Source: a virus. From it: DNA of 15,804 bases. Under the pieces are notes generated by a model that searched no databases, was not told the DNA's origin, and saw nothing but the letters and a program-made list of their open reading frames with translations. The translations under genes were made by a program, and so were the position numbers. Positions 7,169 to 15,594 of this stretch are shown here, piece after piece (the first letter of the stretch is position 1; each line of letters opens with the position of its first letter). The DNA lies in the UHGV virus genome UHGV-0259225; one strand, 5' to 3'.

Positions 7169-7762
7169 TCAATTATGTAAATCTTTTATTTTATGTTCTT
7201 TGGCGTGTTGTGACAACAAATGGCTATAGCGTTTAAGCAAAATATTAGAAAGATTAAGCTCATTCATGAAGTGTTCTTCTAATAAGTAACCATCAATATC
7301 AACTTTAATATCATTACCACTTTTCATCTTCTGTAACGTAGATTTTACACGCTCCAGCAGGATGCTTTGCTCATGGTAATAGTCCATAAGAAGAGTAACA
7401 TCCTCTTTATCAAGCTTACTTAATTCGCTGAAGTAGGATTTAAACACTTTATCACTCTGGTTTAATGCAATCTGTAAGCGAGGCCCCCCTAATGATTTGA
7501 CATTAATGGCAAAAGGCTCGCCAACAAAATGCTCCGAATTTTCGTCAAAGCCAATATATCTCGTTTTATCAAGAAAAGTGAGAGCGCGATGGTTATTAGC
7601 GATTTCATATGCAAACATTGTTCTGATACTGTCCCTCTCAGCCTCCATGCTTATATCATCACGATGATTTGTATAAAATATATTTCCAACAAAGAGAACC
7701 ATAGCAAGAATCACTGAACTTGCCTCCCAGTTAATATTTTTTAATCGTCGCTTAGTAAACAT
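7169..7762 (-). CDS. Hypothetical membrane-anchored protein (197 aa), AT-rich cargo gene at the Z/fun-equivalent position; candidate phage-exclusion/defence protein
   Basis: Intact ORF with AAGGTG RBS; N-terminal KRRLK followed by hydrophobic segment SSVILAMVLFVGNIFY (one predicted TM helix), then a charged, likely helical domain. GC content visibly lower (mid-30s % by eye) than flanking tail genes (>50%). No motif I can assign. Confidence 0.75.
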   Translation of the reverse strand: MFTKRRLKNINWEASSVILAMVLFVGNIFYTNHRDDISMEAERDSIRTMFAYEIANNHRALTFLDKTRYIGFDENSEHFVGEPFAINVKSLGGPRLQIALNQSDKVFKSYFSELSKLDKEDVTLLMDYYHEQSILLERVKSTLQKMKSGNDIKVDIDGYLLEEHFMNELNLSNILLKRYSHLLSQHAKEHKIKDLHN

Positions 7763-7983
7763 ACCGCACCTTAATTATCAAAAATATTCCTTCAGTGTTA
7801 TCTGGTTAGCCTAAACCAAGTCATTAAAGTCTGCAGGATATCATATACATAAAATGTATTGATTAGAATTTGCACTAATAAAATAATGCTTTACTAAAAT
7901 CTACTCCAGACACAGAGCGGCCTGTCAGATTAGGCTTTACTCTGTGCCATAGATACGTTTGCTCACTCCAGAGATCATACAAC
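7763..7983 (-). promoter_or_regulatory. AT-rich 220-bp region upstream of the cargo gene; probable autonomous promoter region
   Basis: No ORF; strongly AT-rich with several TATA-like hexamers (e.g. TATGAT, TATATG on minus strand). No confident -35/-10 pair assigned. Confidence 0.3.
7911..7928. repeat. Right copy of the imperfect inverted repeat flanking the cargo cassette
   Basis: See 7061-7087. Confidence 0.35.
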
Positions 7984-8511
7984 TTATTGCGGCATTTCCG
8001 GCCATTCAGGATTTGCAGGATCCACACGACTGACCAGAACGCTGTAACGCTCCCATGCATCCAGTCGGCTACGCTCCTCATCTGTTGCCATGTTCAGTCT
8101 GACCGCGCGCTCCAGCGGCAAAATCACGGATTCAGCTTCGGAAAGTAAAGTTGCCTTTTGTGATTCTGCCAGTTGCTGCTGTTCGTCTGCCGTATAAATC
8201 CGCTTAATCACGGCACCATCCTTAAACATCCATTTACCTGAGTCATCAGCACGTCGGTTAGCGGTAATATCAGGAACCTCGACAACGCTAAAACCTTCAG
8301 GATGAAGCGTTGAAGCATCTCTGGTGATGGCGACAATAATATTATTCTCGTCGTAAACAATTTTTATTGTGTCTGGCTGAAAATTACTTACTTCCTCATA
8401 CCAGTTTTTTCCGTCTTCGGACCATAACCAGATAACATCAAAATTCTTTGTTAGCTGATATTGTTCTTTTGTTTTTGGATTACCTGACTTAATGTTTTTT
8501 AAATGCTGCAT
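7984..8511 (-). CDS. G: Tail fibre assembly protein G (Tfa-type chaperone), 175 aa
   Basis: 175 aa as P2 gpG; immediately downstream of H. The 5' third of the gene is markedly AT-rich. Confidence 0.85.
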   Translation of the reverse strand: MQHLKNIKSGNPKTKEQYQLTKNFDVIWLWSEDGKNWYEEVSNFQPDTIKIVYDENNIIVAITRDASTLHPEGFSVVEVPDITANRRADDSGKWMFKDGAVIKRIYTADEQQQLAESQKATLLSEAESVILPLERAVRLNMATDEERSRLDAWERYSVLVSRVDPANPEWPEMPQ

Positions 8512-8514
8512 AAT

Positions 8515-11250
8515 TTACACCTGCGCAACGTTATACCATGTGCCATTGATGTATTTTTGTATTGGTCTGAATACTGCGGGGTCATCACCATCGACTTCAC
8601 CGACAATACCAAGCCCCGTGATTACATGGCCTGATTTTTCATACATCACGCCTTTTTGCATGGTCTGAACAACACGTGTGCCAAGTCTGACATCTCTCAC
8701 ATAGCGGGAATCAAAGTTACCGTAATCCGAGGGATTAACACGCCCCGTAATATTTATGGTTTTATTACTTTGAATACTTCCCGAGACAAAGCGCATAATA
8801 TGGACGCTATTAGCATAAACATCCAGATTACCATCACCATTTTGTTTAAAGCCCGTGTCATTATCACCCAAAACAATCGAATTACCGCCAAGAGCACTGG
8901 ATGTTCCTATACCCAGAGCACCATTCAATTGACCACCAGATAACGGCAGTGCACCGACATCTCCCGCTGTAGGTTTTCGCGTTGTGGTATAAAACTCAGA
9001 CCAGTCAGCCTCGAATCCGTAACCGTCACGAGCAGAACGATAAAAAATACCGCCGTTCTTATAATTAACGCGGAACTGGGCGGCGGGACAACTTCCTTCA
9101 CCGATATTAAAATGAAGAATTAACGTTGATGCCCCACCAGTAGTTGCGTTATAGGCTCCGCTACTCCAGTTCCACCCAACGGCTTTATCATTCGCAACGG
9201 TGTCTCCTGTTTTTCCTGAAGCAAATGCACCAATATTTTTCGGCGTCAGGTTAATATCTGATGTTCCATCAAACGAAACGTTATTAATTTTACGGGCTGT
9301 TTTCAGCTTTGTTGCTGTCGCCGCATTGCCGGACAGTTCACCAGAAAGGCCAGCACTGAATGTCTGTTTCGCGCCCCATGTCTGGGCTTCGTCAATGATT
9401 GGTACTCGTCTTGCTGTGATCGTGCGGCTTCCCGGATTTCCTGAAATACGCACCATAAAAAATCGGTAGTTCGCTTTACTTACAGTGCTGCGCCATACAT
9501 GCATTGAGCGCCCCGTACCGGAATCATCACTCGGACCAACTGCGATGTTTATCAGGTTGCCATCAATGACGCCCCAGTCCATACCGTCGGGAATATTGGT
9601 CATATTATCCAGCCTAACGGCTATCAGACTGCCCGGCACAAAATCGTAGCTCTGCCAGTCCAGACTGGATAGTTTTGCCACTGCGCCACCGATGCCCAGA
9701 TTCAGAGGCAACGAAAAGGAGTTATATACTTCTCGCCATTCGGTCCATTTTCTCCCGGCATAGACGCGCTCAAAAGTGCGCCCCTGTGTGGTTTCTGATT
9801 TCCCTGTGGTTGTGTAACGCTGCCAGACAGATACACCATCAAAACGCCTGATTACTTCCAGTATTCCAAGCAGTGTCGCTCCAGCGGTATCCTGCATTGG
9901 ACCGTTTGACGCCTTCCCTGTAACGCTGTAAATGCCTGGCGAAGTCAGATCATTCAAATCACCTTCGTAATAACGACATTCTGACTGATGGCCTACTCTT
10001 GACCACGGCTCCCACTGTGGGTTCTGTGCATTCCATGTAGCAGAAAGGCAGCGAACATATACGTTCCCACGGCGGGTCGTATAGCGTTGCGTGCGTGAGT
10101 ACCCACCACCCTCAAGAACTTCAAGGAATCCCTGACCATAACTTCCTTCTTCCGGATAGTTGCGGTCAAATGAAGCGATAGAGCCACTACTGTTTCGCCA
10201 TAAACCAAGATGCTCTGCGCCTCCTAGCGTGTTCAGGTCAATAGTTGTGCTCAGGGGGCGTGTTGCAGACTGAATCTGACGCCAGTAGCTCCACGGACCG
10301 TCTGAGCCATTCCAGGTGCCAGAAAGATTACGCATATAAACATTGCCAGTTCTGGTGGTATAACGCTGCATTCCGGAAAAATTACCGCCATTGAATACCT
10401 CAAGAACACCGACTGCACCGTCTTCAGGGAAATTTTTCTCCAGTGTTGCGTTGGAGGATGTGGATTTATACCAGACACCCACATAAGCCTTAACTGGACC
10501 AAATGTATTGAGATCAGCATCAACCGGCATTTCGCCGTTGTTTTTCATAAACGTCAGGCTGGTAACACCAATATTGTCCAGAAAAGCTGATTTATCCTGG
10601 ATATCTGCACCGTTCTGATTTTTCGCCAGACGTGAATTTGCGTTGTCATTTGCTGCCTTGACCGCTTTTGGCGTTGCCGCCAGCTCTTCACTGGTGCTGT
10701 TTGTTGCACTGCTTAACTGAGTAAAACCTTTTTCTGTCAGCGTGGCGTCAGGATGGCGGCGGGACTGCTCATGCTCTGCGATTTTGTCATCGACGTAATC
10801 CTGCGTCGCCATCACTGTGCTGGCATCAATACTCAGCTCAACGGACGCCACGTTGCTGAGAATAATAACCATGCGGCAGGTCTGCGCACGTCCGGAGCCT
10901 TCAGCCAGTTCTGGCTTATAGCTTTCTGCCATGTTGGACACCGCAATCAGTGTTCCGGCATCGTCATACAGACCAAGTTCACGCATCCAGAAGCCGCCCA
11001 CTTCTGGCGGTACAACCAGTTCAGCCACGATATAGTTTTTATTCTTGTTATCCACGCTGACTTTATTCAGAGCGTGACGCCAGACCTCATGCACCAGTTT
11101 CGTCTGACCGGCATCCGGCACCGGCAATTTGCCATTACCGTCACCCACGGCCATTGCAGACAGGTTTACTTTTTTCCCGCCGGGGACAGTGGCGGCTGCC
11201 AGCTTTGCGGCTCCGGCAGTAGTGATAACGGTTTTAAATTTCGTGCTCAT
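8515..11250 (-). CDS. H: Tail fibre protein H, 911 aa (P2-like N-terminus, expanded repeat-containing shaft, divergent C-terminal receptor-binding region)
   Basis: N-terminal ~230 aa match recalled P2 gpH (MSTKFKTVITTAGAAKLAAATVPGG...); located between I and G. Confidence 0.9.
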   Translation of the reverse strand: MSTKFKTVITTAGAAKLAAATVPGGKKVNLSAMAVGDGNGKLPVPDAGQTKLVHEVWRHALNKVSVDNKNKNYIVAELVVPPEVGGFWMRELGLYDDAGTLIAVSNMAESYKPELAEGSGRAQTCRMVIILSNVASVELSIDASTVMATQDYVDDKIAEHEQSRRHPDATLTEKGFTQLSSATNSTSEELAATPKAVKAANDNANSRLAKNQNGADIQDKSAFLDNIGVTSLTFMKNNGEMPVDADLNTFGPVKAYVGVWYKSTSSNATLEKNFPEDGAVGVLEVFNGGNFSGMQRYTTRTGNVYMRNLSGTWNGSDGPWSYWRQIQSATRPLSTTIDLNTLGGAEHLGLWRNSSGSIASFDRNYPEEGSYGQGFLEVLEGGGYSRTQRYTTRRGNVYVRCLSATWNAQNPQWEPWSRVGHQSECRYYEGDLNDLTSPGIYSVTGKASNGPMQDTAGATLLGILEVIRRFDGVSVWQRYTTTGKSETTQGRTFERVYAGRKWTEWREVYNSFSLPLNLGIGGAVAKLSSLDWQSYDFVPGSLIAVRLDNMTNIPDGMDWGVIDGNLINIAVGPSDDSGTGRSMHVWRSTVSKANYRFFMVRISGNPGSRTITARRVPIIDEAQTWGAKQTFSAGLSGELSGNAATATKLKTARKINNVSFDGTSDINLTPKNIGAFASGKTGDTVANDKAVGWNWSSGAYNATTGGASTLILHFNIGEGSCPAAQFRVNYKNGGIFYRSARDGYGFEADWSEFYTTTRKPTAGDVGALPLSGGQLNGALGIGTSSALGGNSIVLGDNDTGFKQNGDGNLDVYANSVHIMRFVSGSIQSNKTINITGRVNPSDYGNFDSRYVRDVRLGTRVVQTMQKGVMYEKSGHVITGLGIVGEVDGDDPAVFRPIQKYINGTWYNVAQV
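9721..10518 (-). repeat. Three tandem diverged ~280-bp (~93-aa) repeats inside H (protein residues ~245-337, 338-430, 431-510)
   Basis: Each unit starts DLN(T/D)(F/L) and contains FPEDG/YPEEG ... LEV ... QRYTT(R/T) ... GNVY(M/V)R ... W; DNA copies are diverged but recognisable (e.g. cctcaagaac near 10110 and 10390). Confidence 0.7.
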
Positions 11251-11260
11251 TGTTTCTCAC

Positions 11261-11791
11261 TTATCCGGGATAAACAGTAATAACATCACCATCACAGACC
11301 ACACCGCCTGTATACAGATAGCCGGGAATGTCCTGGATAATGTTCAGACCGATAAGGTGGCGACTTGCGGGTTTGGCATCGGCAATCAGCCGTTCCATTT
11401 CCAGATACATCTCCTCTGTGATACCGCTTTCCAGCACACCGATATCAAGGCGAAAGGTTCCGGGCGGGTCGTTTGTCTCCCACCATTCCTTTACGTTAAT
11501 GAGATAGCCGAGCGGCTCCACCACACGCCGGATTGCGCCTATAGTGCCTTTATGACAGTGGATGAAATACGCATCGCGGATCACGGCGCGTTTTGTCGCT
11601 TCCGGCCACTTTTCATCCCACCTGTCGACCGAAAACGCCCACGCCAGCCACGGCAGCAGATTTGCCGGACAGGTGCCCGGGTTCCACAGCTCACGAATAC
11701 TGACCGGTGTCTTTTCAATTTCCGCACAGGCTTTTGCGGCAGCAACTTCAAGCGGTGATGAGCCGGTCGGCAGCAGTCGCGAATCACTCAT
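11261..11791 (-). CDS. I: Baseplate assembly protein I, 176 aa
   Basis: Size and synteny with P2 gpI. Confidence 0.9.
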   Translation of the reverse strand: MSDSRLLPTGSSPLEVAAAKACAEIEKTPVSIRELWNPGTCPANLLPWLAWAFSVDRWDEKWPEATKRAVIRDAYFIHCHKGTIGAIRRVVEPLGYLINVKEWWETNDPPGTFRLDIGVLESGITEEMYLEMERLIADAKPASRHLIGLNIIQDIPGYLYTGGVVCDGDVITVYPG

Positions 11792-12692
11792 CCGAGCCTC
11801 CGGTCACGACGCGGTATTCGGTACAGAAAGACGCCTGCGTACTGTTGAGCACGATGTCGGCCAGCGGTGCAGTCAGTTCGACACGCTGCACGCCTTCCAC
11901 ATGCAAAGCGGCATAAATGGCAGACAGACGGATGTCGCGCCCCAGCCGGTGCTGTGCCGTGATGTACGCTTCCAGTTTTTTCACGGCAGCAGCGCGGATG
12001 GGTTCGCTTTCGGGACCAGGGTAAAGGTAAAGCGTGGCGTTTATCTGGTATTCAACAATGGCGGCAGACTGCACGGTCACGCGGTCGGCCACCGGCCTGA
12101 CGTCCTCGCCATTAAGGGCATTACGCACCACGGCCAGCAGGTCTTCGGATGCGACACCGTTATTTTCACGTGACAGCACGGAGATGGTGACGCAGGCCGG
12201 AGACGGACTGGTGACAGAGATATCCGCGACACGCCCGTCGGCACTGCGGCCATGATACTGATAGGCTCCCACCGACCCGGCGACGCTTAAGCCTTCAAAC
12301 GCCTGCTGAATACGCAGACGATAATCCGTGTCAGATTCCATCACTGCCGGTGTCGGCGGGATGGTCGAATCATCTGCCGGGGTGATAGTCAGGCGCGTGG
12401 TGTTGTAATTGGCACCAATCACATCAAGGTCATTACCGGCGGCACAGGCCAGCATCACCGCCCGTGCGGCCTCATTCACACGCTGACGCCAGATAAGCTC
12501 ACGATAAGCATTTTCCTCCAGCAGTTTGACGAGAGGCTCGGATTCCAGCGTCAGGGTACGGGCGACCGCCTCCTGCTGGTCTTCCGGGTAAAGGGAAATC
12601 AGTGTCGCCTTGCGTTCAGCGAGAATGGTTTCAAAGTCCAGCTCCTCGACCACATCCGGTGCGGGTAGCTGGTTCAGGTCGATAATCGGCAT
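11784..12692 (-). CDS. J: Baseplate assembly protein J, 302 aa
   Basis: Size and synteny with P2 gpJ; 8-nt overlap with I. Confidence 0.9.
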   Translation of the reverse strand: MPIIDLNQLPAPDVVEELDFETILAERKATLISLYPEDQQEAVARTLTLESEPLVKLLEENAYRELIWRQRVNEAARAVMLACAAGNDLDVIGANYNTTRLTITPADDSTIPPTPAVMESDTDYRLRIQQAFEGLSVAGSVGAYQYHGRSADGRVADISVTSPSPACVTISVLSRENNGVASEDLLAVVRNALNGEDVRPVADRVTVQSAAIVEYQINATLYLYPGPESEPIRAAAVKKLEAYITAQHRLGRDIRLSAIYAALHVEGVQRVELTAPLADIVLNSTQASFCTEYRVVTGGSDE

Positions 12693-12696
12693 GGTT

Positions 12697-13044
12697 TCAA
12701 CTCACAGGGATGGTTAATGAAAGTGGCTGGCCGGTGTCGTTGTGCTGGCCGGTTAACGTGACCGTCATTCGCCCGTCAAAGCTGCGCTCAGTGATGACGG
12801 ATGACAGGGTGACGCGGGGTTCCCATTTCAGCACTGCCATGTAACAGGCTACCTTAATCTGCAACTCAAGCGCCGGGGTCTGCGGCTGGTCAATCATTGA
12901 CGCCAGCAACGAGCCGTAATCACGACGCATCACCCGTGAGCCGACCGGCGTGCGCAGGATATCGCCGATACTCTGGCTGATATGCTCAAGGTCAGTGACC
13001 GTCAGGCCATCACTGCGATTCATTCCGAGATAACGCGCTGTCAT
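12697..13044 (-). CDS. W: Baseplate wedge protein W, 115 aa
   Basis: Size and synteny with P2 gpW; start overlaps V stop (ATGA). Confidence 0.9.
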   Translation of the reverse strand: MTARYLGMNRSDGLTVTDLEHISQSIGDILRTPVGSRVMRRDYGSLLASMIDQPQTPALELQIKVACYMAVLKWEPRVTLSSVITERSFDGRMTVTLTGQHNDTGQPLSLTIPVS

Positions 13045-13676
13045 AAAGGACTCCCGGTTGTGCCGCCGCTGTCGCCGGGGTGTTTATGGGTATGCAGTAC
13101 CTTACCGTTTGATGAGAGTTCACCGCCGGTGTGTTCAATGTTGCCGCGCATCGTCCCGCCCTTCTGTACTTCCAGCGTGCCGGTAATCAGCCTGTTGGTG
13201 CAGACCACCTCCGGCGTGTCCAGGGTGATGCGGGTTGATGCTTTCACCATGACCACCGGCACCGTGGCAGTAACAGAATCAGAAGCCGTCACGCTGGCCG
13301 TTTTAACTCCGCTTACCGTGAGCGCGCTGGTTTCAGGTTCATACTCAATCACCGCCCCGTCAGGGAAACGGATATACAGGGCATCCGCCGACGCAGACGG
13401 CGCGGGGTTATCGCCGGAATAAATCCCCGGCAGAACGAACGCCGTGTCGAGTTCACCACCCACGGCCAGAATCAGCACCTGTTCCCCCACGGAAGGTGCC
13501 CACCATGTGCGCGAACGCCCGGCGCGATGGGTCAGCCACTGAAGCCAGTCGGTGCACATGCCGCCGGTCTGCACACGGCAGCGACCGGCATTAAGGTCGG
13601 TTTCGACGATAATGCCGGTGCGGATCATGTTGCGCAGTGCGCGCGCGAGTTCCTGAATATTTGCGAGAGTGTTCAT
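13041..13676 (-). CDS. V: Baseplate spike protein V, 211 aa
   Basis: Size and synteny with P2 gpV; first gene of the V-W-J-I-H-G operon. Confidence 0.9.
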   Translation of the reverse strand: MNTLANIQELARALRNMIRTGIIVETDLNAGRCRVQTGGMCTDWLQWLTHRAGRSRTWWAPSVGEQVLILAVGGELDTAFVLPGIYSGDNPAPSASADALYIRFPDGAVIEYEPETSALTVSGVKTASVTASDSVTATVPVVMVKASTRITLDTPEVVCTNRLITGTLEVQKGGTMRGNIEHTGGELSSNGKVLHTHKHPGDSGGTTGSPL

Positions 13677-13687
13677 AACGGGAAGGA

Positions 13688-13711
13688 TGCCGCCGGGTCA
13701 TACCGGCGGCA
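13688..13711 (-). promoter_or_regulatory. 9-bp GC-rich stem-loop (tgccgccgg gtcata ccggcggca) 12 nt upstream of the V start codon, within the expected P_V late promoter region
   Basis: Stem-loop read directly. No Shine-Dalgarno between hairpin and ATG. A TGT-N10-ACA palindrome lies at 13726-13741. Function inferred from synteny with P2 P_V. Confidence 0.35.
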
Positions 13712-13742
13712 ATGTGACGATGAGGTGTCAGGAATGGCACAA

Positions 13743-14195
13743 CTAACGCTCAAGGTGAGCCAGGATAATCTCTTCAATCATCTGCACATCCTCACCGGTA
13801 AAGCCGAGCAGAGGACGCGTCGGATAATCAATTTTCTTACCGTCTTTCCGGGTTTCTTCCGACAGACCGAACTGATGCACACTGGCGATTTTCGGTGACT
13901 TTCCGCCGTAAAACTCCATTGATGCCTGTTCCGGGCTGGCGCGGATATGCAAAAAACGACTGGTGATAAGTTTCGCAAACATTTTTCGCTTAACACGACC
14001 GGTCTTTTTTCTGGCGCTCTGCTGCTGGCGTGGTGCGTAGGGTGTGCCGTCCGGGGCTTTCTGTGCCATCACCCGGCGCTGCTGACTCTGCCGCAGATGT
14101 TTCGCCAGTTCGGTGCTCAGTCGCCGACGCCCTGATGGTGACAGTGATTCAATCAGCCCGGTCAGCCGGTCTTCAAAACGCTTAAACTCATTCAT
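13743..14195 (-). CDS. S: Tail completion protein S, 150 aa
   Basis: Size and synteny with P2 gpS. Confidence 0.9.
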   Translation of the reverse strand: MNEFKRFEDRLTGLIESLSPSGRRRLSTELAKHLRQSQQRRVMAQKAPDGTPYAPRQQQSARKKTGRVKRKMFAKLITSRFLHIRASPEQASMEFYGGKSPKIASVHQFGLSEETRKDGKKIDYPTRPLLGFTGEDVQMIEEIILAHLER

Positions 14196-14655
14196 CCCAC
14201 TTGCTCACCAGTTCGCCATTGATATAAAGCTCCATCGGGCGGATGACCGGCTCCGGCGGCGGAGGTTCCGGGATATTCTTCACATGCAGTGCGCCGTCCA
14301 CCTCACTGACCAGCGTGCGCTCGGTCAGCATCAGGCTGATGCTGATATCAAAGCTGCTGTCATTGTTGATGTCCGCATAAAACGTGAAGCCCTTTTTCTG
14401 GCCTTCGTCGGTGGTCATGATGTCGGGCTGATTTTCCCGCAGCCACGCCAGCACCGGCACGATGAGCAGGTCAAAATCACCGGTAAAGTCGGTCACAATG
14501 ACATTGAGCGTGTAACGCTTTTCGAATGACAGCGACGTCGCCAGTGTGGAGGCAATACTCCCGTTATCCACGAATATCCGCAGCATATCGGGGTTAGTTT
14601 TCAGCACCGTGACGGCATCAGTCAGCGCCCTGCGCAGGCTGTCGGGTTTGAGCAT
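14188..14655 (-). CDS. R: Tail completion protein R, 155 aa
   Basis: Size and synteny with P2 gpR; 8-nt overlap with S. Confidence 0.9.
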   Translation of the reverse strand: MLKPDSLRRALTDAVTVLKTNPDMLRIFVDNGSIASTLATSLSFEKRYTLNVIVTDFTGDFDLLIVPVLAWLRENQPDIMTTDEGQKKGFTFYADINNDSSFDISISLMLTERTLVSEVDGALHVKNIPEPPPPEPVIRPMELYINGELVSKWDE

Positions 14656-14908
14656 CGTTTTCGTCCTGACAGTGTTTAATCATTTTTACCTGGCTGGCAC
14701 AGCGCGCCAGCGCGTTCTCAAGCTGCCGGATATCGGCACTTAAATCACCGTTCGTCTCCGGGTCGCTGCCCGGCATCGGGCAAAGACTCACTTTCGGGCA
14801 GGCGTTGTGGACAATCACTGGCGTCGGTGCAGGCGGGGCGCTGGTGCAACCGGCGCACAGCATCAGGCAGGTCAGCACCGTACCAGCGGCGAAAATCTTC
14901 GTTTTCAT
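14618..14908 (-). CDS. lysC: LysC, Rz1-like outer-membrane lipoprotein spanin (96 aa), embedded out of frame in lysB 3' end and overlapping R start
   Basis: Signal peptide with Cys-containing lipobox-like LCAGC, proline-rich APPAPTPV segment; 96 aa as P2 LysC. Confidence 0.8.
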   Translation of the reverse strand: MKTKIFAAGTVLTCLMLCAGCTSAPPAPTPVIVHNACPKVSLCPMPGSDPETNGDLSADIRQLENALARCASQVKMIKHCQDENDAQTRQPAQGAD

Positions 14909-15188
14909 TCAGTAACCTCGTGATGGTTTTCTCGCGCTGTGCTTCACGTTTCGCGGCGTTCTCCAGTTCCTGACGCAGTGCCACCTGCGCCAGCTCGTTT
15001 TTGTCTGCCCTGGTGAGTGCAACATGAAGCTGGTTTTTCAGCATGGTGATGGTCGTCTGCTGTTCACTGGCGACGTTGTTCGCCCTGTCCAGCGAAGCGC
15101 GCAGGCTGGCATTTTTGTGTTTCACCAGAAACAGACCGGACACCGCCAGCGATAACAACACGACCAGCACAATCATCAGCTTTGACAT
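14745..15188 (-). CDS. lysB: LysB, Rz-like inner-membrane spanin (147 aa from first ATG; 143 aa if started at the ATG overlapping the lysA-like stop)
   Basis: N-terminal TM helix (IVLVVLLSLAVSGLFLV) followed by charged coiled-coil-like region; position upstream of R. Confidence 0.8.
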   Translation of the reverse strand: MSKLMIVLVVLLSLAVSGLFLVKHKNASLRASLDRANNVASEQQTTITMLKNQLHVALTRADKNELAQVALRQELENAAKREAQREKTITRLLNENEDFRRWYGADLPDAVRRLHQRPACTDASDCPQRLPESESLPDAGQRPGDER

Positions 15189-15469
15189 GGTTCCCGCTCC
15201 TCAAGACGCTGACGGCAGGCCGTACATATCAGCCGGAAGAACACCGATGCCACGAGATAAATCAGCGCGGTAAAAATCCACCCGGCAGCGACCAGCGAGA
15301 TAAACGTCGCCACCATCACTACCAGAGCCGCCGCCCGTCTGCGCCACGGCACCGGCTGCAAAAACAGCGACGTGACAATCTTCACGGCCAGCGATTCCGG
15401 CGGCAGCTCCCGCCCGTAGCGTTCCAGTACATACTCCGTGGCATACACGCCGACACCACCGGCAACCAC
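15176..15469 (-). CDS. lysA: LysA-like small membrane protein; start uncertain (GTG at 15467-15469, no in-frame ATG; hydrophobic reading frame continues upstream to stop at 15509-15511)
   Basis: Hydrophobic segments (AAALVVMVATFISLVAAGWIFTALIYLVASVFF) and position between K and lysB. Stop overlaps lysB internal ATG (TGATG). Confidence 0.5.
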   Translation of the reverse strand: MVAGGVGVYATEYVLERYGRELPPESLAVKIVTSLFLQPVPWRRRAAALVVMVATFISLVAAGWIFTALIYLVASVFFRLICTACRQRLEEREPCQS

Positions 15470-15594
15470 ACAGATAACCGTCGCCAGAATCGCCGGCGGC
15501 GTACCGGCTTAAACGGAGTCAACACCATGAAGAAATTATCCCTTTCACTGATGCTGAACGTGTCGCTGGCGCTGATGCTGGCACTGTCCCTGAT

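Noticed and set aside
7529-7717. 62-aa plus-strand ORF inside the cargo gene
   Set aside because: Antisense to the intact 197-aa ORF; AT-rich DNA often yields short open frames.
7875-8081. 68-aa minus-strand ORF overlapping the 3' end of G
   Set aside because: Alternative frame overlapping G and extending into the non-coding AT-rich region; no RBS, likely spurious.
9721-10518. Possibility that the H repeats are a diversity-generating retroelement target (VR/TR pair)
   Set aside because: No reverse transcriptase gene in the window, and the repeats are diverged along their whole length rather than differing mainly at adenine positions; better explained as structural shaft repeats.
8656-11280. 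ORFs 8656..8943(+), 9200..9469(+), 9993..10208(-), 10251..10523(-), 10753..11280(+) within H
   Set aside because: Embedded in or antisense to the 911-aa tail fibre gene, whose N-terminus is clearly P2-like.
11129-14743. Plus-strand or alternative-frame ORFs (11129..11758, 11562..12173, 11581..11787, 11707..11916, 12034..12255, 12982..13422, 13527..13898, 13778..13996, 13947..14135, 14113..14529, 14546..14743) across I, J, W, V, S, R
   Set aside because: All overlap size-matched P2 baseplate/tail completion genes on the minus strand; antisense artefacts.
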